Shown piece by piece: positions 52,701-64,000 of a stretch of 64,000 nt of DNA (position 1 is the stretch's first letter; each line of letters opens with the position of its first letter). This stretch comes from Hypanus sabinus (lineage: Eukaryota). The notes under the pieces are model-generated. The model did no database searches. It was not told where the DNA came from and was given only the letters and a program-made list of their open reading frames with translations. The stretch covers positions 32,984,001 through 33,048,000 of the forward strand of contig NC_082716.1 of the NCBI RefSeq assembly GCF_030144855.1. Reading direction: 5' to 3'. A program made the position numbers and the translations under genes.

Positions 52701-53246
52701 ATCCACAATATCCCTCACTGTATGGAGATGCCACATCCACAATATCCCTCACCGTATGGAGATGCCACATCCACAATATCCCTCACTGTATGGAGATGCC
52801 ACATCCACAATATCCCTCACTGTATGGAGATGCCACATCCACAATATCCCTCACTGTATGGAGATGCCACATCCACAATGTCCCTCACTGTATGGAGATG
52901 CCACATCCACAATGTCCCTCATCGTATGGAAATGCCAAATCCACAATATCCCTCACTGTATGGAGATGCCACATCCAAAATGTCCCTCACCATATGGAAA
53001 TGCCAAATCCACAATATCACTCACCGTATGGAGATGCCTCATCCACAATGTCCCTCACCGTATGGAGATGCCACATCCACAATGTCCCTCATCATATGGA
53101 GATGCCACATCCGCAATGTCCCTCACCGTATGGAGATGCCAAATCCGCAATGTCCCCCACCGTATGGAGATGCCAAATCCGCAATGTCCCTCATCGTATG
53201 GAGATGCCAAATCCACAATGTCCCTCACCGTAAGGAGATGCCAAAA
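49711..53246. repeat. 34-bp tandem array, about 104 units; consensus TCCACAAT(A/G)TCCCTCA(C/T)(C/T)GTATGGAGATGCCA(C/A)A
   Basis: Direct inspection; the 34-aa period in all three plus frames equals 3 x 34 bp. Confidence 0.98.
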
Positions 53247-53289
53247 CTTTCTGCAATATTCCAAACAGGTTAAACTCCTCCCGTCACTC

Positions 53290-54310
53290 CACCTCTTGTC
53301 AAGGGTTCCTCTTTTCCTCACCTACCACCCACCTGCCTCCATGTGCAGCACCTAGTTCTCCATAATTTCCACTATCTCCAACAGGATCCCACCAGCAAGC
53401 ACATCTCCCCCCACCCCCACCCCACTTTCTGCAGGAATCGCTCCTTATTCGACTCCCTTATGCACTCGTCCTTCCCCACTGATCTCCCTCCCAGCACTTA
53501 CCCAGGCAAACGGAACACGTGCTACACCTGCCTCTACACCGCCTACCTCATTACCATTCAGGGCCCCAAACAGTCCTTCCAGATGAGGCGACACTTCACC
53601 TGTGAGTCTTTGGGTCATCTACCATATCCGATGCTCCCGGTGTGGCCTCCTGTATATCACTGAGACCCAATGTAGTTTGGGAGACTGCTTTGTGAGCCCC
53701 CACGCTCCACCAGATAAAGCAAGATCTGCCAGTGTCCACCCATTTTAATTCCACTTCCCATTCCCATTCCAACAAGTCAGTCCATGTCCTCCTCTACTGT
53801 CACGATGAGGCCACACTCAGGTTGGAGGAACAACACCTTGTATTCCGTCTGGGTAGCCTCCAAGCTGATGGCATGAAAATGGATTTCTCAAACATCCAGT
53901 AATGTACGCCCCTCCCCCCCCCCACCCTGCTCTCCTTCACCATTCCCCATCAGCTTTTCTCCTCTCTCACCTTATCTCCTTACCTCCTTTTCTTCCTTCC
54001 ATGGCCTTCTAATCTCTCCTATCAGATTCCCCCTTCTCAAGCCCTGTATCCCTTTCACCAACCAACTCCCCAGCTCCTTACTTCAGCCCTCCCCTTCCTG
54101 GTTTCACCTGTCACCTGGTGTATCTTTCTCCCCTCCCTCCACCTTCTTACTCTGACTGCTCATCTTACTTTTTTCTCCAGTCCCGATGAAGGGTCTTGAC
54201 CCAAAGCGTGAACTGTGCTCTTTTCCACAGACGCTGCCTGGGCTGATGAATTTCTCCAGCATCTTATATGTTTTGCTTGGATTTCCAGCACCTGCTGATT
54301 TTCTCCTGTC
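53290..54310 (+). mobile_element. Penelope-like element, 3' part (GIY-YIG and terminus)
   Basis: LQQDPTSKHI, TCYTCLYT, QGPKQSFQMRRHFTCES, LGSLQADGM; paralogous to 3570-4430. Confidence 0.9.
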
Positions 54311-54311
54311 C

Positions 54312-55148
54312 GTAATTCTAAGTATGAAACTGCAAGGTGAGAATTTCAATTTAATCCAGACAAAAAGTGTAGCTTCCACTTTTACCGGAAAATTGGAAAT
54401 ATATAAGCAAATCATCGGGAGAAGAACGTTCTCAGTTTCCGGGCATGGAAAATATAGCACTCTCTTTCACAGACAGTAATTTGCGAGAGTACTAATTACA
54501 CCTGCAGTCACTAAAGAAGGATTTTCAGAATCAATCGAAGGAATTGGACCATCTGGAAATGCCAGACTGGATAATTAATCCAATTCTTTGCAAGGTGGAA
54601 GAACAGGAAGAGAGATTGCAAGAAGAAATTATCAAAATTCAGAATGATGAAAAAGCAAAATTGCATTTCAAAAATGTCAGCTTTTGTAGTACTTGTGTCA
54701 CTTGAAGTTTCCTGGTCTTTGGAGACGAGCCAAGCTGCTCTTCATTGCATTTTATTCCCGTGCTCCTATCGTTTTGGAAGAGGCTTCATTGTAGTGAACC
54801 ACATACTCACAAAAAAACAGAAACCGCACAGACATTGTTACACATGGGGACTTCAGGCTTTTGCTGTCACAGTTTGAACCAGATATTTCAACTCTTGCTA
54901 AAATCCATCAAGCTCAAGGATCACAGTGATATCAAATCTGCTATACAGTGCACAGGTGCTGTATAAGCTAGGTTTAAAGAGAAATAAAAATTTAAAGCAG
55001 AATCATTTTTCTCATGTTGGAATATGGTAGACATGTTTTTACACTATGGGAGTGCCGAGAAGTATAATGTGCTTTTTGGCAAGTATGAAGTATGAAGTAT
55101 GAAGGTGCTTTCTGGGGGTGTTGGGCTAAGAAAGGCTGGGAGACACTG
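54312..55148 (+). mobile_element. hAT (Buster/Charlie-type) transposon 3' part, decayed transposase C-terminus and TIR
   Basis: KLQGENFNLIQTKS..F..KL, LQEEIIKIQND, RGF.VVNHILTK, GDFRLLLSQFEPDI..HQAQGS; TIR-like AGGCTGGGAGACACTG ending at 55148. Confidence 0.8.
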
Positions 55149-55334
55149 GGTTAGATCCTCAGAGATCTTGGTAACCAGGACCTGGAAATTGCTATCTCTA
55201 CTTCTGATCCCTCTATGAGGATTGGCTTGTGATCCCTCGCCCCACAATCAGCTCTTTGGTCTTACTGGCGTTGAGTGCAGAGGAAGTGGTTGAGGCCAGT
55301 ATAATTACAATCTTTAAAAGAGGTTTAAGCAGGT

Positions 55335-56120
55335 TCACAGTTCAAGTTCAAGTTCAGTTTATTGTCATTCAACTGTACACATGTATATCACCAAACGAAG
55401 CAAAGTTCCTCCACACCAATGTGGACTACACATTTAATGCATGCACATAAAATAATATTACTACAAATAGAAACAAATAATAAACAGTAAATAAAGCTAA
55501 ATAAAATAAGCAAATAATAACTAAATAGATAGATAGATAAATAAATAATATTACTACAAATAAAAAACAAATAATAAAGCGCATATACAAGTTAAAAAGC
55601 AAACAGTTTAACACTACTGGGACTTCATATTACGAGATTCATACATGGTGGCAGGGAGTTCAGGGTCTTACGGCCTGGGGGAAGAAGCTGTTTTCCATCC
55701 TAACAGTTCTTGTCCTAATGCTACGATACCTTCTGCCTGAAGGTAGGTGGTCAAGGAGATTGTTGGATGGATGGGATGGATCATTGACAGTACTAAGGGC
55801 GCTGCATATGCACTCCCGATAAATATCTCTGATGGGTGGAAGATGCCGATGATCATCTCGGCAGTCCTCACAATCCTTTCCTGAACTGGACCGTGATGCA
55901 GCTGGTCAGGGCATTCCCATAAAAATTGATTAAGATGGGGAGGAAACTTATTCGCCTCAATCTCCTCCAGGAACTAGAGACGCTGCTGTGCTTTCTTGAC
56001 CAAAGAGGTGTTTCTGAGAGACCAGGTGAGAGTGTCTGTTACGTGCACTCCCAGGAACTTTGTGCTCCTGACTCTCTCCCTGGAGGAGCCACGTATGTGC
56101 AGTGTGGAATGGTCAGCCTG
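55335..56120 (-). mobile_element. Rex1/Babar-like LINE 3' fragment
   Basis: RTAEMIIG..., DPSHPSNNL, NSFFPQAV across frames; (TTCAAG)n tail at about 55341. Confidence 0.8.
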
Positions 56121-56937
56121 AGCTTTCGAGGACAACCCAATCCAATGAGGACACTTTGCCTACCAGCTTCTGAGGAACGATTGTATTAAACGCCGAGTAT
56201 TTAGAAAGATTTAAGCAAATGAGACTTAGCTTAGGAGGCTCCCTGGGGGGACCAAAGGCCTGTTTCCATGCTGTTTAACTCCGATACTCTTCTACGGAGG
56301 GTAGAGCTCCAGATTACACTGTAATATTGATGCACCAAAAGTATTCACCAAAAACATATAGAAGTGTCAGACACTTTTATAAGATTAACACTGTATAAAT
56401 TTTATTTTTACATTAAACTTGTGACACTCCAAAAACACTCCAATATCTTATGGTCTAAAAGGTGAATTAGGCTCACAGAGCACAGAAAGAGATCAGTCCA
56501 GAACATAGTATCATTACCAGATTTTAAATACTATCCAACTAGTGTCACATTTCACAATGGTATCTTATTTACAATAGAAAAGTATATTTTGTGACTGTTT
56601 TGCTGAACACCTGCATTCAGTGCACAGGAGGGGTGGGAGGGGGGGGGGGGTGGATGATCCTGAATTTCCTGTTAGCTGCTTTTTTAATTCTCCATCCTAG
56701 TCAAGCTGTCTGTGATCTCCCGCATTGTTCTAATCATGTACTGTGTAGTGATTTGATCGGTGTGAACAGCATACAAGATGATCTTCTCACTGTACCTTGT
56801 TACATGTGAGAGTAATAAACCAATTCCAATATAGTCCTGAGGAAAAACAGCTCGTTTCCCATCTGGACACAATGTTGCTTTCCAGCTTCAATATCAAATT
56901 TGACAACTTCAGGTAACTCACTTTTTCTGTCTGTGTC

Positions 56938-57152
56938 TGAAGCACCATCAATAACTCTCTGAGACGTAAAGGCGAGATATCGGCTTTTATTGACTGGAAG
57001 AAGGAACAAGCAGTGGTTGACCACCATACTACATCCTGGAGACTGAGAGGCCGGGCTCAGACCTCAATCGCCTTTATACAGGGGTCTGTGGGAGGAGCCA
57101 CAGGAGCAGTCAGCGGGGGGCGTGTCCAGACAGGTATATGTAGTTCACCACA
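56938..57152 (-). mobile_element. Short solo LTR (215 bp), same family as 25297-25508
   Basis: TG...CA; TSD GTGTC/GTATC; shared core CTCCTGTGGCTCCTCCCACAGACCCCTGTATAAAGGC. Confidence 0.85.
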
Positions 57153-58381
57153 GTATCAGACATAACCAAACAATCTATGATAATCGTTTGGTTTTTCTCT
57201 CTCCATTAGCACAAACTGACTTGTTGGGCGTGTTCTACATGACTGCCATTTGCAATTTTTATATTTCTTAGTTTGCATTATTAATCTCATTTTTATGTTC
57301 CTTTGTTCAGATGTTCTCTCTCTAGCTGCCCCAGTGATAAACTAGATTATCTCATTCACAGCCTAGATGGGCCTTGCCATAACTACCTTTGCCCTACCCT
57401 TCCTCCCTCACTCTTTCAGTGTCTCAAAACCAATGTTCTCTCTCCTTCCCAGTACCAAGAAAGGGCTTTTCACCTGAAATATTAACCCTATTTTATTTTT
57501 CCTCGGAGGCTGCCTGACCTGCTGACTGCTTTCAGCATTTTCTACTTCCATTTCAAATTTCCAGCATCTGCAGTGTTCCGATTTTCACTCCCATTCTAAC
57601 GTTCTCCGCACCATCAGCATTAAAAACTCGCGCGTCCCAATGTCATTAATGCACTTGCCTCAATCTGTCACAAGAAACACAATGCACATACACACCAATG
57701 ACATTGTCATTCCCTTACAGATAGTATCATAAAGTATCAAATTATTAACGTTAACATTTCTGTGATAAGTTCATCACTTGATTGCTTATCAATTCCACTA
57801 CATAACTGAATTAGTTCCCATTGTGCTTCTTCACCTGCACAACAACCAGTGCTGTGAGCCCAAGCAAACATCCTGTGTTTAATTTCCTCCTGGCTAATGC
57901 AAGGTCGCAGGTTATTAAACAATTAAAGTGAATTTCGAACACCCCACTCAGTATGTCTTCTGAAGCCTGGACCCAGGCTGTATGCTGCATGCTTCATTTT
58001 GTGTCTGATGTTTCTCTAGGGCACTTTTGCTCCTAGGGAACTTCCCTCCTCACTGTTGGGCATGGTAAAATTTCTCAACCTTGTAGAAAAAATTGGTTGT
58101 GAAACACATCCCGAAAATATCACAGAAAGTATAAGAACTTGCTCTAAAGGGCACGTGACTTTGCAGGCTAATCTAAGTGTTTTTGAGGTTACCTTTGAAT
58201 TTAATGTCGATGATGTATTTCAAAGATACTTTAATTTTTTGTTTTCCACTATTCACTCCCTCATGGCACTGGAGGTATTCTGGGTCCTTGCCCATTTGTC
58301 AGCTCTTCCCAGCCAGCACAAAAGAGTACCTGATTATAGTCATTGGTAAAGGAGCTACATTGGGTTACAGAAGCCCATCTA

Positions 58382-58446
58382 CAACAATGTGCAAAGGCCT
58401 TGGGCACATGAATATAGCAAGGGTGCCTGTCTTTTGCACAGTACTG
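58382..58446. mobile_element. Tiny Tc1-type MITE
   Basis: TA-CAACAATGTGCAAAGG...CTTTTGCACAGTACTG-TA imperfect inverted repeats with TA on both sides. Confidence 0.6.
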
Positions 58447-58685
58447 TAGTAATTTTATGTACTGCACTGTACTGCTATGCAAAAAAACAAATTTCACAAC
58501 ATGTGTGAGTGATGATAAACCTAATTTTGATATGGGTCTCTCTTGTGGAGTGAGAGGGAAGGGGGCAGGAAGAGTAGAGGGAGCGGGAAGCATCTGAAAG
58601 GCATGCTATAGTGATCAATAGTCAAATTGTTTTTGGTCAAATGACCTTGCCTGGTGTCTCTGGGCTGAGTGTGTCTACACCCGTA

Positions 58686-60411
58686 GCACTCCTGTCCCAG
58701 CACCCCTGTGGCACCTGTCCCTCACCCCTGTGCTACCTGTCCCACACCCCTGTGCCACCTGCCCCACACCCCTGTGCCACCTGTTCCACACCCCTGTGCT
58801 AGCTGTCCCACACCCCTGTGCCATCTGTCCCAGCACTCCTGTGGCACCTATCCCAGTACTCCTGTGGCACCTGTCCCACACCCCTGTGCCACCTGTCCCA
58901 GAACTCCTGTGGCACCTATCCCAGTACTCCTGTGGCACCTGTCCCACACCCCTGTGCCACCTGTTCCACACCCCTGTGCCACCTGTTCCACACCCCTGTG
59001 CTACCTGTCCCACACTCCTGTGCCATCTGTCCCACACCCCTGTGCTACCTGTCCCACACCCCTGTGCTACCTGTCCCACACTCCTGTGCCATCTGTCCCA
59101 CACCCCTGTGCTACCTGTCCCACACCCCTGTGCCATCTGTCCCACACCCCTGTGCTACCTGTCCCACACTCCTGTGGCACCTGTCCCACACCCCTGTGCC
59201 ATCTGTTCCACACCCCTGTGCCATCTGTCCCACACCCCTGTGCCATCTGTCCCAGCACTCCTGTGCCACCTGTCCCACACTCCTGTGCCTCCTGTTCCAC
59301 ACCCCTGTGCTACCTGTCCCACACCCCTGTGCCATCTGTCCCACACCCCTGTGCTACCTGTCCCACACCCCTGTGCCATCTGTCCCACACCCCTGTGCTA
59401 CCTGTCCCACACCCCTGTGCCACCTGTCCCAGTACTCCTGTGGCACCTGTCCCACACTCCTGTGCCACCTGTTCCACACCCCTGTGCCACCTGTCCCACA
59501 CCCCTGTGCCACCTGTTCCACACCCCTGTGCTACCTGTTCCACACCCCTGTGCCATCTGTCCCAGTACTCCTGTGGCACCTGTCCCACACCCCTGTGCCA
59601 CCTGTCCCAGCACTCCTGTGCCACCTGCTCCACACTCCTGTGCCTCCTGTTCCACACCCCTGTGCTACCTGTCCCACACCCCTGTGCCATCTGTCCCACA
59701 CCCCTGTGCTACCTGTCCCACACTCCTGTGGCACCTGTCCCACACCCCTGTGCCATCTGTTCCGCACCCCTGTGCCATCTGTCCCGCACCCCTGTGCCAT
59801 CTGTCCCAGCACTCCTGTGCTACCTGTTCCACACCTGTGCCTCCTGTTCCACACCCCTGTGCTACCTGTCCCACACCCCTGTGCCATCTGTCCCACACCC
59901 CTGTGCTACCTGTCCCACACCCCTGTGCCATCTGTCCCACACCCCTGTGCTACCTGTCCCACACCCCTGTGCCACCTGTCCCAGTACTCCTGTGGCACCT
60001 GTCCCACACTCCTGTGCCACCTGTTCCACACCCCTGTGCCACCTGTCCCACACCACTGTGCCATCTGTCTCAGCACTCCTGTGCCACCTGTCCCAGTACT
60101 CCTGTGCCATCTGTCCCACACTCCTGTGCCATCTGTCCCACACCACTGTGCCATCTGTCCCACACCCCTGTGCTGTCCCAGCACTCCTGTGCCACCTGTC
60201 CCACACCCCTGTGCCTCCTGTTCCACACTCCTATGCCACCTGTCCCATTACTCCTGTGGCACCTGTCCCAGTACTCCTGTGGCACCTGTCCCACAACCCT
60301 GTGCCACCTGTCCCACACCCCTGTGCCATCTCTCCCAGCACTCCTGTGCCACCTGTCCCAGCACCCCTGTGCCACCTATTCCATACCCCTGTGCCACTTG
60401 CCCCACACCCC
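58686..60411. repeat. 22-bp minisatellite, about 78 units; consensus CACCCCTGTGCCACCTGTCCCA
   Basis: Direct inspection; strongly C-rich plus strand. Confidence 0.98.
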
Positions 60412-60877
60412 TCCACCCTTGCCATTCCCAACATGCTTTGCTCCCACCAGATTTGCAAACTCACTCTCTGCTCTACATCGACAAATACAGTACACTACTT
60501 AGAAGTGTACAGAAGAAATCTGGCAGAAGCAATACTTCATCTGTTTAACAATCAGAGGGAATTAAATAGAAATTACAACACAGAAATGTGTTATTTGGCT
60601 CTGAGTCCTACACATAATAACACTAATCATACTGTTCTGTTCCTTAGCATTTCAAAACTGTAAACCACCTCCACTAGGAGCCCCACGCAATTCGTAATTA
60701 TTTCAGTCTAATTTCCATTCACTAAACTCCACCCCCACAAAGGAATGTTTTAAAAATATCTGACACATAAAAATCCTCAATCAGAATAGCAAAGTTCAAT
60801 ATAATCAGCAGTTTGAGTATTTTTGACGATGGAAATAAAGTTCAAAGTTCTGAGTAAACTGATTATTAAAGTATATA

Positions 60878-62437
60878 CAGTGGAATGCAAAAGTTTGTGC
60901 ACCCTGGTCAAAATTTCTGTTACTGTGAATAGTTAAGTGAGTAGAAGATGAACTGATCTCCAAAAGTCATAAAGTTAAAGATGAAACATTCTTTTCAACA
61001 CTTTAAGCAAAATTAGTGTATTATTTTTGTTCTGTACAAGTTTAGAATGAAAAAAAAAGGAAAGGAGCACCATGCAAAAGTTTGGGCACCCCAAGAGATA
61101 TGAGCGCTCAGATAACTTTTACCAAGGTCTCAGACCTTAATTAGCTTGTTAGGGCTATGGCTTGTTCATAGTCATCATTAGGAAAGGCCAGGTGATGCAA
61201 ATTTCAAAGCTTTATAAATACCCTGACTCCTCAAACCTTGTCCCAACAATCAAAAGCCATGGGCTCCTCTAAGAAGCTGCCTAGCACTCTGAAAATTAAA
61301 ATAAACAATGCCCACAAAGCAGGAGAAGGCTATAAGAAGATAGCAAAGTGTTTTCAGGTAGCCGTTTCCTCAGTTCATAATGTAGTTAAGAAATAGCAAT
61401 TAACAGGAATGATGGAGGTCAAGTTGAGGTCTGGAAGACCAAGAAAACTTTCCAAGAGAATTGCTCGTAGGATTGCTAGAAAGGCAAATCAAAACCCCTG
61501 GTTGACTACAAAAGACCTTCAGGAAGATTTAGCAGACTCTGGAGTGGTGATACACTGTTCTACTGTGCAGCGACACCTGCACAAATATGACCTTCATGGA
61601 AGAGTCATCAGAAGAAAACCTTTCCTGCATCCTCACCACAAAATTCAGTGTCAGAAGTTTCCAAAGGAACATCTAAACAAGCCTGATGAAGTTAAAATAG
61701 AACTTTTTGGCCACAATGAGCAAAGGTATGTTAGAAGAAAAAAGGGTGCAAAATTTCATGAAAAGAACACCTCTCCAACTGTTAAACACAGGGGTGGATC
61801 GATCATGCTTTGGGCTTCTGTTGCAGCCAATGGCATAGGGAACATTTCACTGGTAGAGAGAAGAATGAATTCAATTAAATACCAGCAAATTCTGGAAGCA
61901 AACATCACACCGTCTGTAAAAAAGCTGAAGATGAAAAGATGATGGCTTCTACAACAGGATCCTAAACACACCTCAAAATCCACAATGGACTACCTCAAGC
62001 TGGAGGTTTTGCCATGGCTCTCAAAGTCCCCCGACCTAATCATCATCGAAAATCTGTGGATAGACCTCAAAAGAGCAGTGCATGCAAGATGGCCCAAGAA
62101 TCTCACAGAACTAGAAGCCTTTTGCAAGGAAGAGTGGGTGAAAATCCCCCAAACAAGAATTGAAAGACTCTTAGCTGGCTACAGAAAGCATTTACAAGCC
62201 GTGTTACTAAGTACAGACCATGCAGGGTGCCCAAACTTTTGCTTCGGGCCCTTTTCTTTTTTTGTTATTTTGAAACTCTAGAAGATGGAAACAAAAAAGT
62301 AATCTTGCTTAAAATATTAAAGAAATGTGTCATCTTTAACTTTATTCCTTTTGGAAATTAGGTAATCTTTTACTCACTTAGCTATTCAGAGTAACAGAAG
62401 ATTTGACCAAGGGTGCCCAAACTTTTGCATGCCACTA
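60878..62437 (+). mobile_element. Tc1-family (IR/DR, Sleeping Beauty-like architecture) transposon with inactivated transposase
   Basis: TA target sites; about 210-bp TIRs with outer and inner TGCAAAAGTTTG(G/T)GCACCC repeats; TATAAATA at 61213; ATG 61259; HTH, GRPRK, DE.KIELF, QQD, SPDL..IENLW; stops and deletions. Confidence 0.95.
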
Positions 62438-63000
62438 TACATATCACCATATACAACCCTGAGATTTGTTTATTATCAGAGTACATATATATCACCACAT
62501 GCAACCCTGAGATTTATTATCAGAGTACATATACATCACCATATACAACTGAGATTTATTATCAGAGTACATATATATCACCATATACAACCCTGAGATT
62601 TGTATATTATCAGAGTACATATATATCACCACATAAAACCCTAAGATTTATTAACACATATATATCACCATATACAACCCTGAGATTTGTTTATTATCAG
62701 AATACATATATATCACCATATACAACCCTGAGATTTATTATCAGAGTACATATACATCACCATATACAACCGAGATTTATTATCAGAGTACATATATATC
62801 ACCATATATAACCCTGAGATTTGTATATTATCAGAGTACATATATATCACCACATACAACCCTAAGATTTATTTTCACATATATATCACCATATACAACC
62901 CTGAGATTTGTTTATTATCAGAGTACATATATATCACCATATACAACCCTGAGATTTATTATCAGAGTACATATATATCACCATATACAACCCTGAGATT
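62438..63000. repeat. 44/48-bp minisatellite, about 12-13 units; GAGATTTATTATCAGAGTACATATATATCACCATATACAACCCT
   Basis: Direct inspection; unit equals the LINE tail motif found singly at 13020-13060 and 15875-15920. Confidence 0.95.
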
Positions 63001-64000
63001 TGTTTGTTTTGTGGCATACTCAGTGTATCCAATAGCCATAATAGAATCAAGAAAGACCGCACCCAACAGGACGGACAACCAGTGTGCAGAAGACAAACTA
63101 TGCAAATACAAAAGGAAAACAAACAAACAAAAATATCGAGAAAATTAGGTGAAGAGTCTTTGAAAGTGAGTCCATGGGTTGTAGGAACAGTTCAGTGAAA
63201 GGGCAAGGGAGCAAGTGAAGTTATCCCCTCGGGTTCAAGAGCCAATGGCTGAGGGGTATTAACTGTTCCTCAACCTGGCAGTGTTAGTTCTAAGGCTCCT
63301 GTAAGAATTCGTGGCCTGGATGGGGAGTTGGGGGGGGGGGGTCACTGATGATGGATGCTGCTTTCCTACAACGCCCCTCCATGTAGAAGTGTTCAATGGT
63401 GGGGAGGACTTTACCCACGATGGACTGGGCCATATCCACTACTCTTCGTAAGTTTTAGATCTCATGCCAAATCTTGGCAAACTTCTAAGGAAGTAGAGGC
63501 ACTGCTGTGTTTTGCAGTTGCTGGGCCCAGAAAAAAGCCGTCTGAAATGATAACGGAGTTCCTGACCCTCTCCACCTCTGATCCCCCAATGAGGCCTGGC
63601 TCAGGGCCCTCCGGTTTCCTCCTCTTGAAGTCAATAATCAGCTCCTTTGTCTTGCTGACATTCAGTAAGAGGTTGTTATTGTGGCACCACTCAGTCAGAC
63701 TTTCAATCTCCTTCCTATATGCAGATTTGTTAACACCATTGATTTGGCTGGCAACAGTGGTGTCGTCAGCAAACTTCAAAAGATTTTAAATGTTATACTG
63801 ACCCTTTCTGATCCTCAAAGATGAAAAATATTTCCTCCCCAAGCTAAAGTTCCTAAAGTGACTTGAATACATTTAAAGGTGGAAGATTAGATACGTGACC
63901 AGCAGCTGCTTTGCCAACCACTTTTCATTAAACTAAAATGAATGCATTAAGATAACAGCAATTTATATTGAAGTGATTACAGGATGTACTACTGAGTTAA

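Larger units (their letters stand above)
60836..63780 (-). mobile_element. Rex1/Babar-like LINE whose tail is split by the Tc1 element and expanded into a minisatellite
   Basis: KFADDTTV...WCHNNNLLLNVSKTKELIIDF at 63462-63779; tail AAAGTTCAAAGTTC...TTATTAAAGTA left of the Tc1 continues as CATATCACCATATACAACCCTGAGA on the right. Confidence 0.8.

Noticed and set aside
49711-53246. CRISPR-like array (repeat length about 34 bp)
   Set aside because: Units are head-to-tail with no unique spacers, there are no cas genes, and the context is vertebrate
49655-53355. ORFs of 890-965 aa in all three plus frames
   Set aside because: They result from a stop-free 34-bp unit; each frame gives the same permuted 34-aa repeat, with no splice or domain evidence
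58708-60663. Cys/Pro/His-rich 576-651 aa ORFs resembling keratin-associated or metallothionein-like proteins
   Set aside because: Translation of the 22-bp minisatellite; open in all three frames
62413-62811. 132-aa Tyr-rich ORF
   Set aside because: Translation of the 44-bp minisatellite
42320-64000. PCSK9, expected next by human synteny, or evidence of its loss
   Set aside because: No recognisable exon in this stretch, but the window ends too soon to infer absence

Overview
This is vertebrate genomic DNA. The repeat content and gene divergence suggest a cartilaginous fish, probably a ray (inference). The window carries the conserved syntenic block DHCR24(-) / TMEM61(+) / BSND(+). DHCR24 exons 1-2 are present with a CpG-rich promoter holding CCAAT boxes, GC boxes and an SRE-like site. 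TMEM61 has a complete two-exon CDS (221 aa) and barttin a complete four-exon CDS (294 aa); both were assembled by hand from GT-AG sites with consistent phases. Most of the rest is decayed transposable elements: CR1, Rex1/Babar-like and RTE LINEs, Penelope elements with hammerhead remnants, a chromodomain Gypsy element, solo LTRs, Tc1 and hAT elements, and V-SINEs. Three tandem arrays (34, 22 and ~44 bp units) lie at 49.7-63.0 kb and explain the very long spurious ORFs. Best leads: (1) TMEM61 and barttin share identically spaced transmembrane motifs, suggesting TMEM61 is a tandem barttin paralogue. (2) This barttin naturally has Ser at positions 8 and 10 (human R8; G10S is a disease allele) and lacks the PY motif. 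(3) The 34-bp and 44-bp arrays trace to LINE seed sequences. (4) The 22-bp array resembles the insulin VNTR G-quadruplex unit. Human comparisons are from memory, not a database search. TE boundaries are approximate unless target-site duplications are given.
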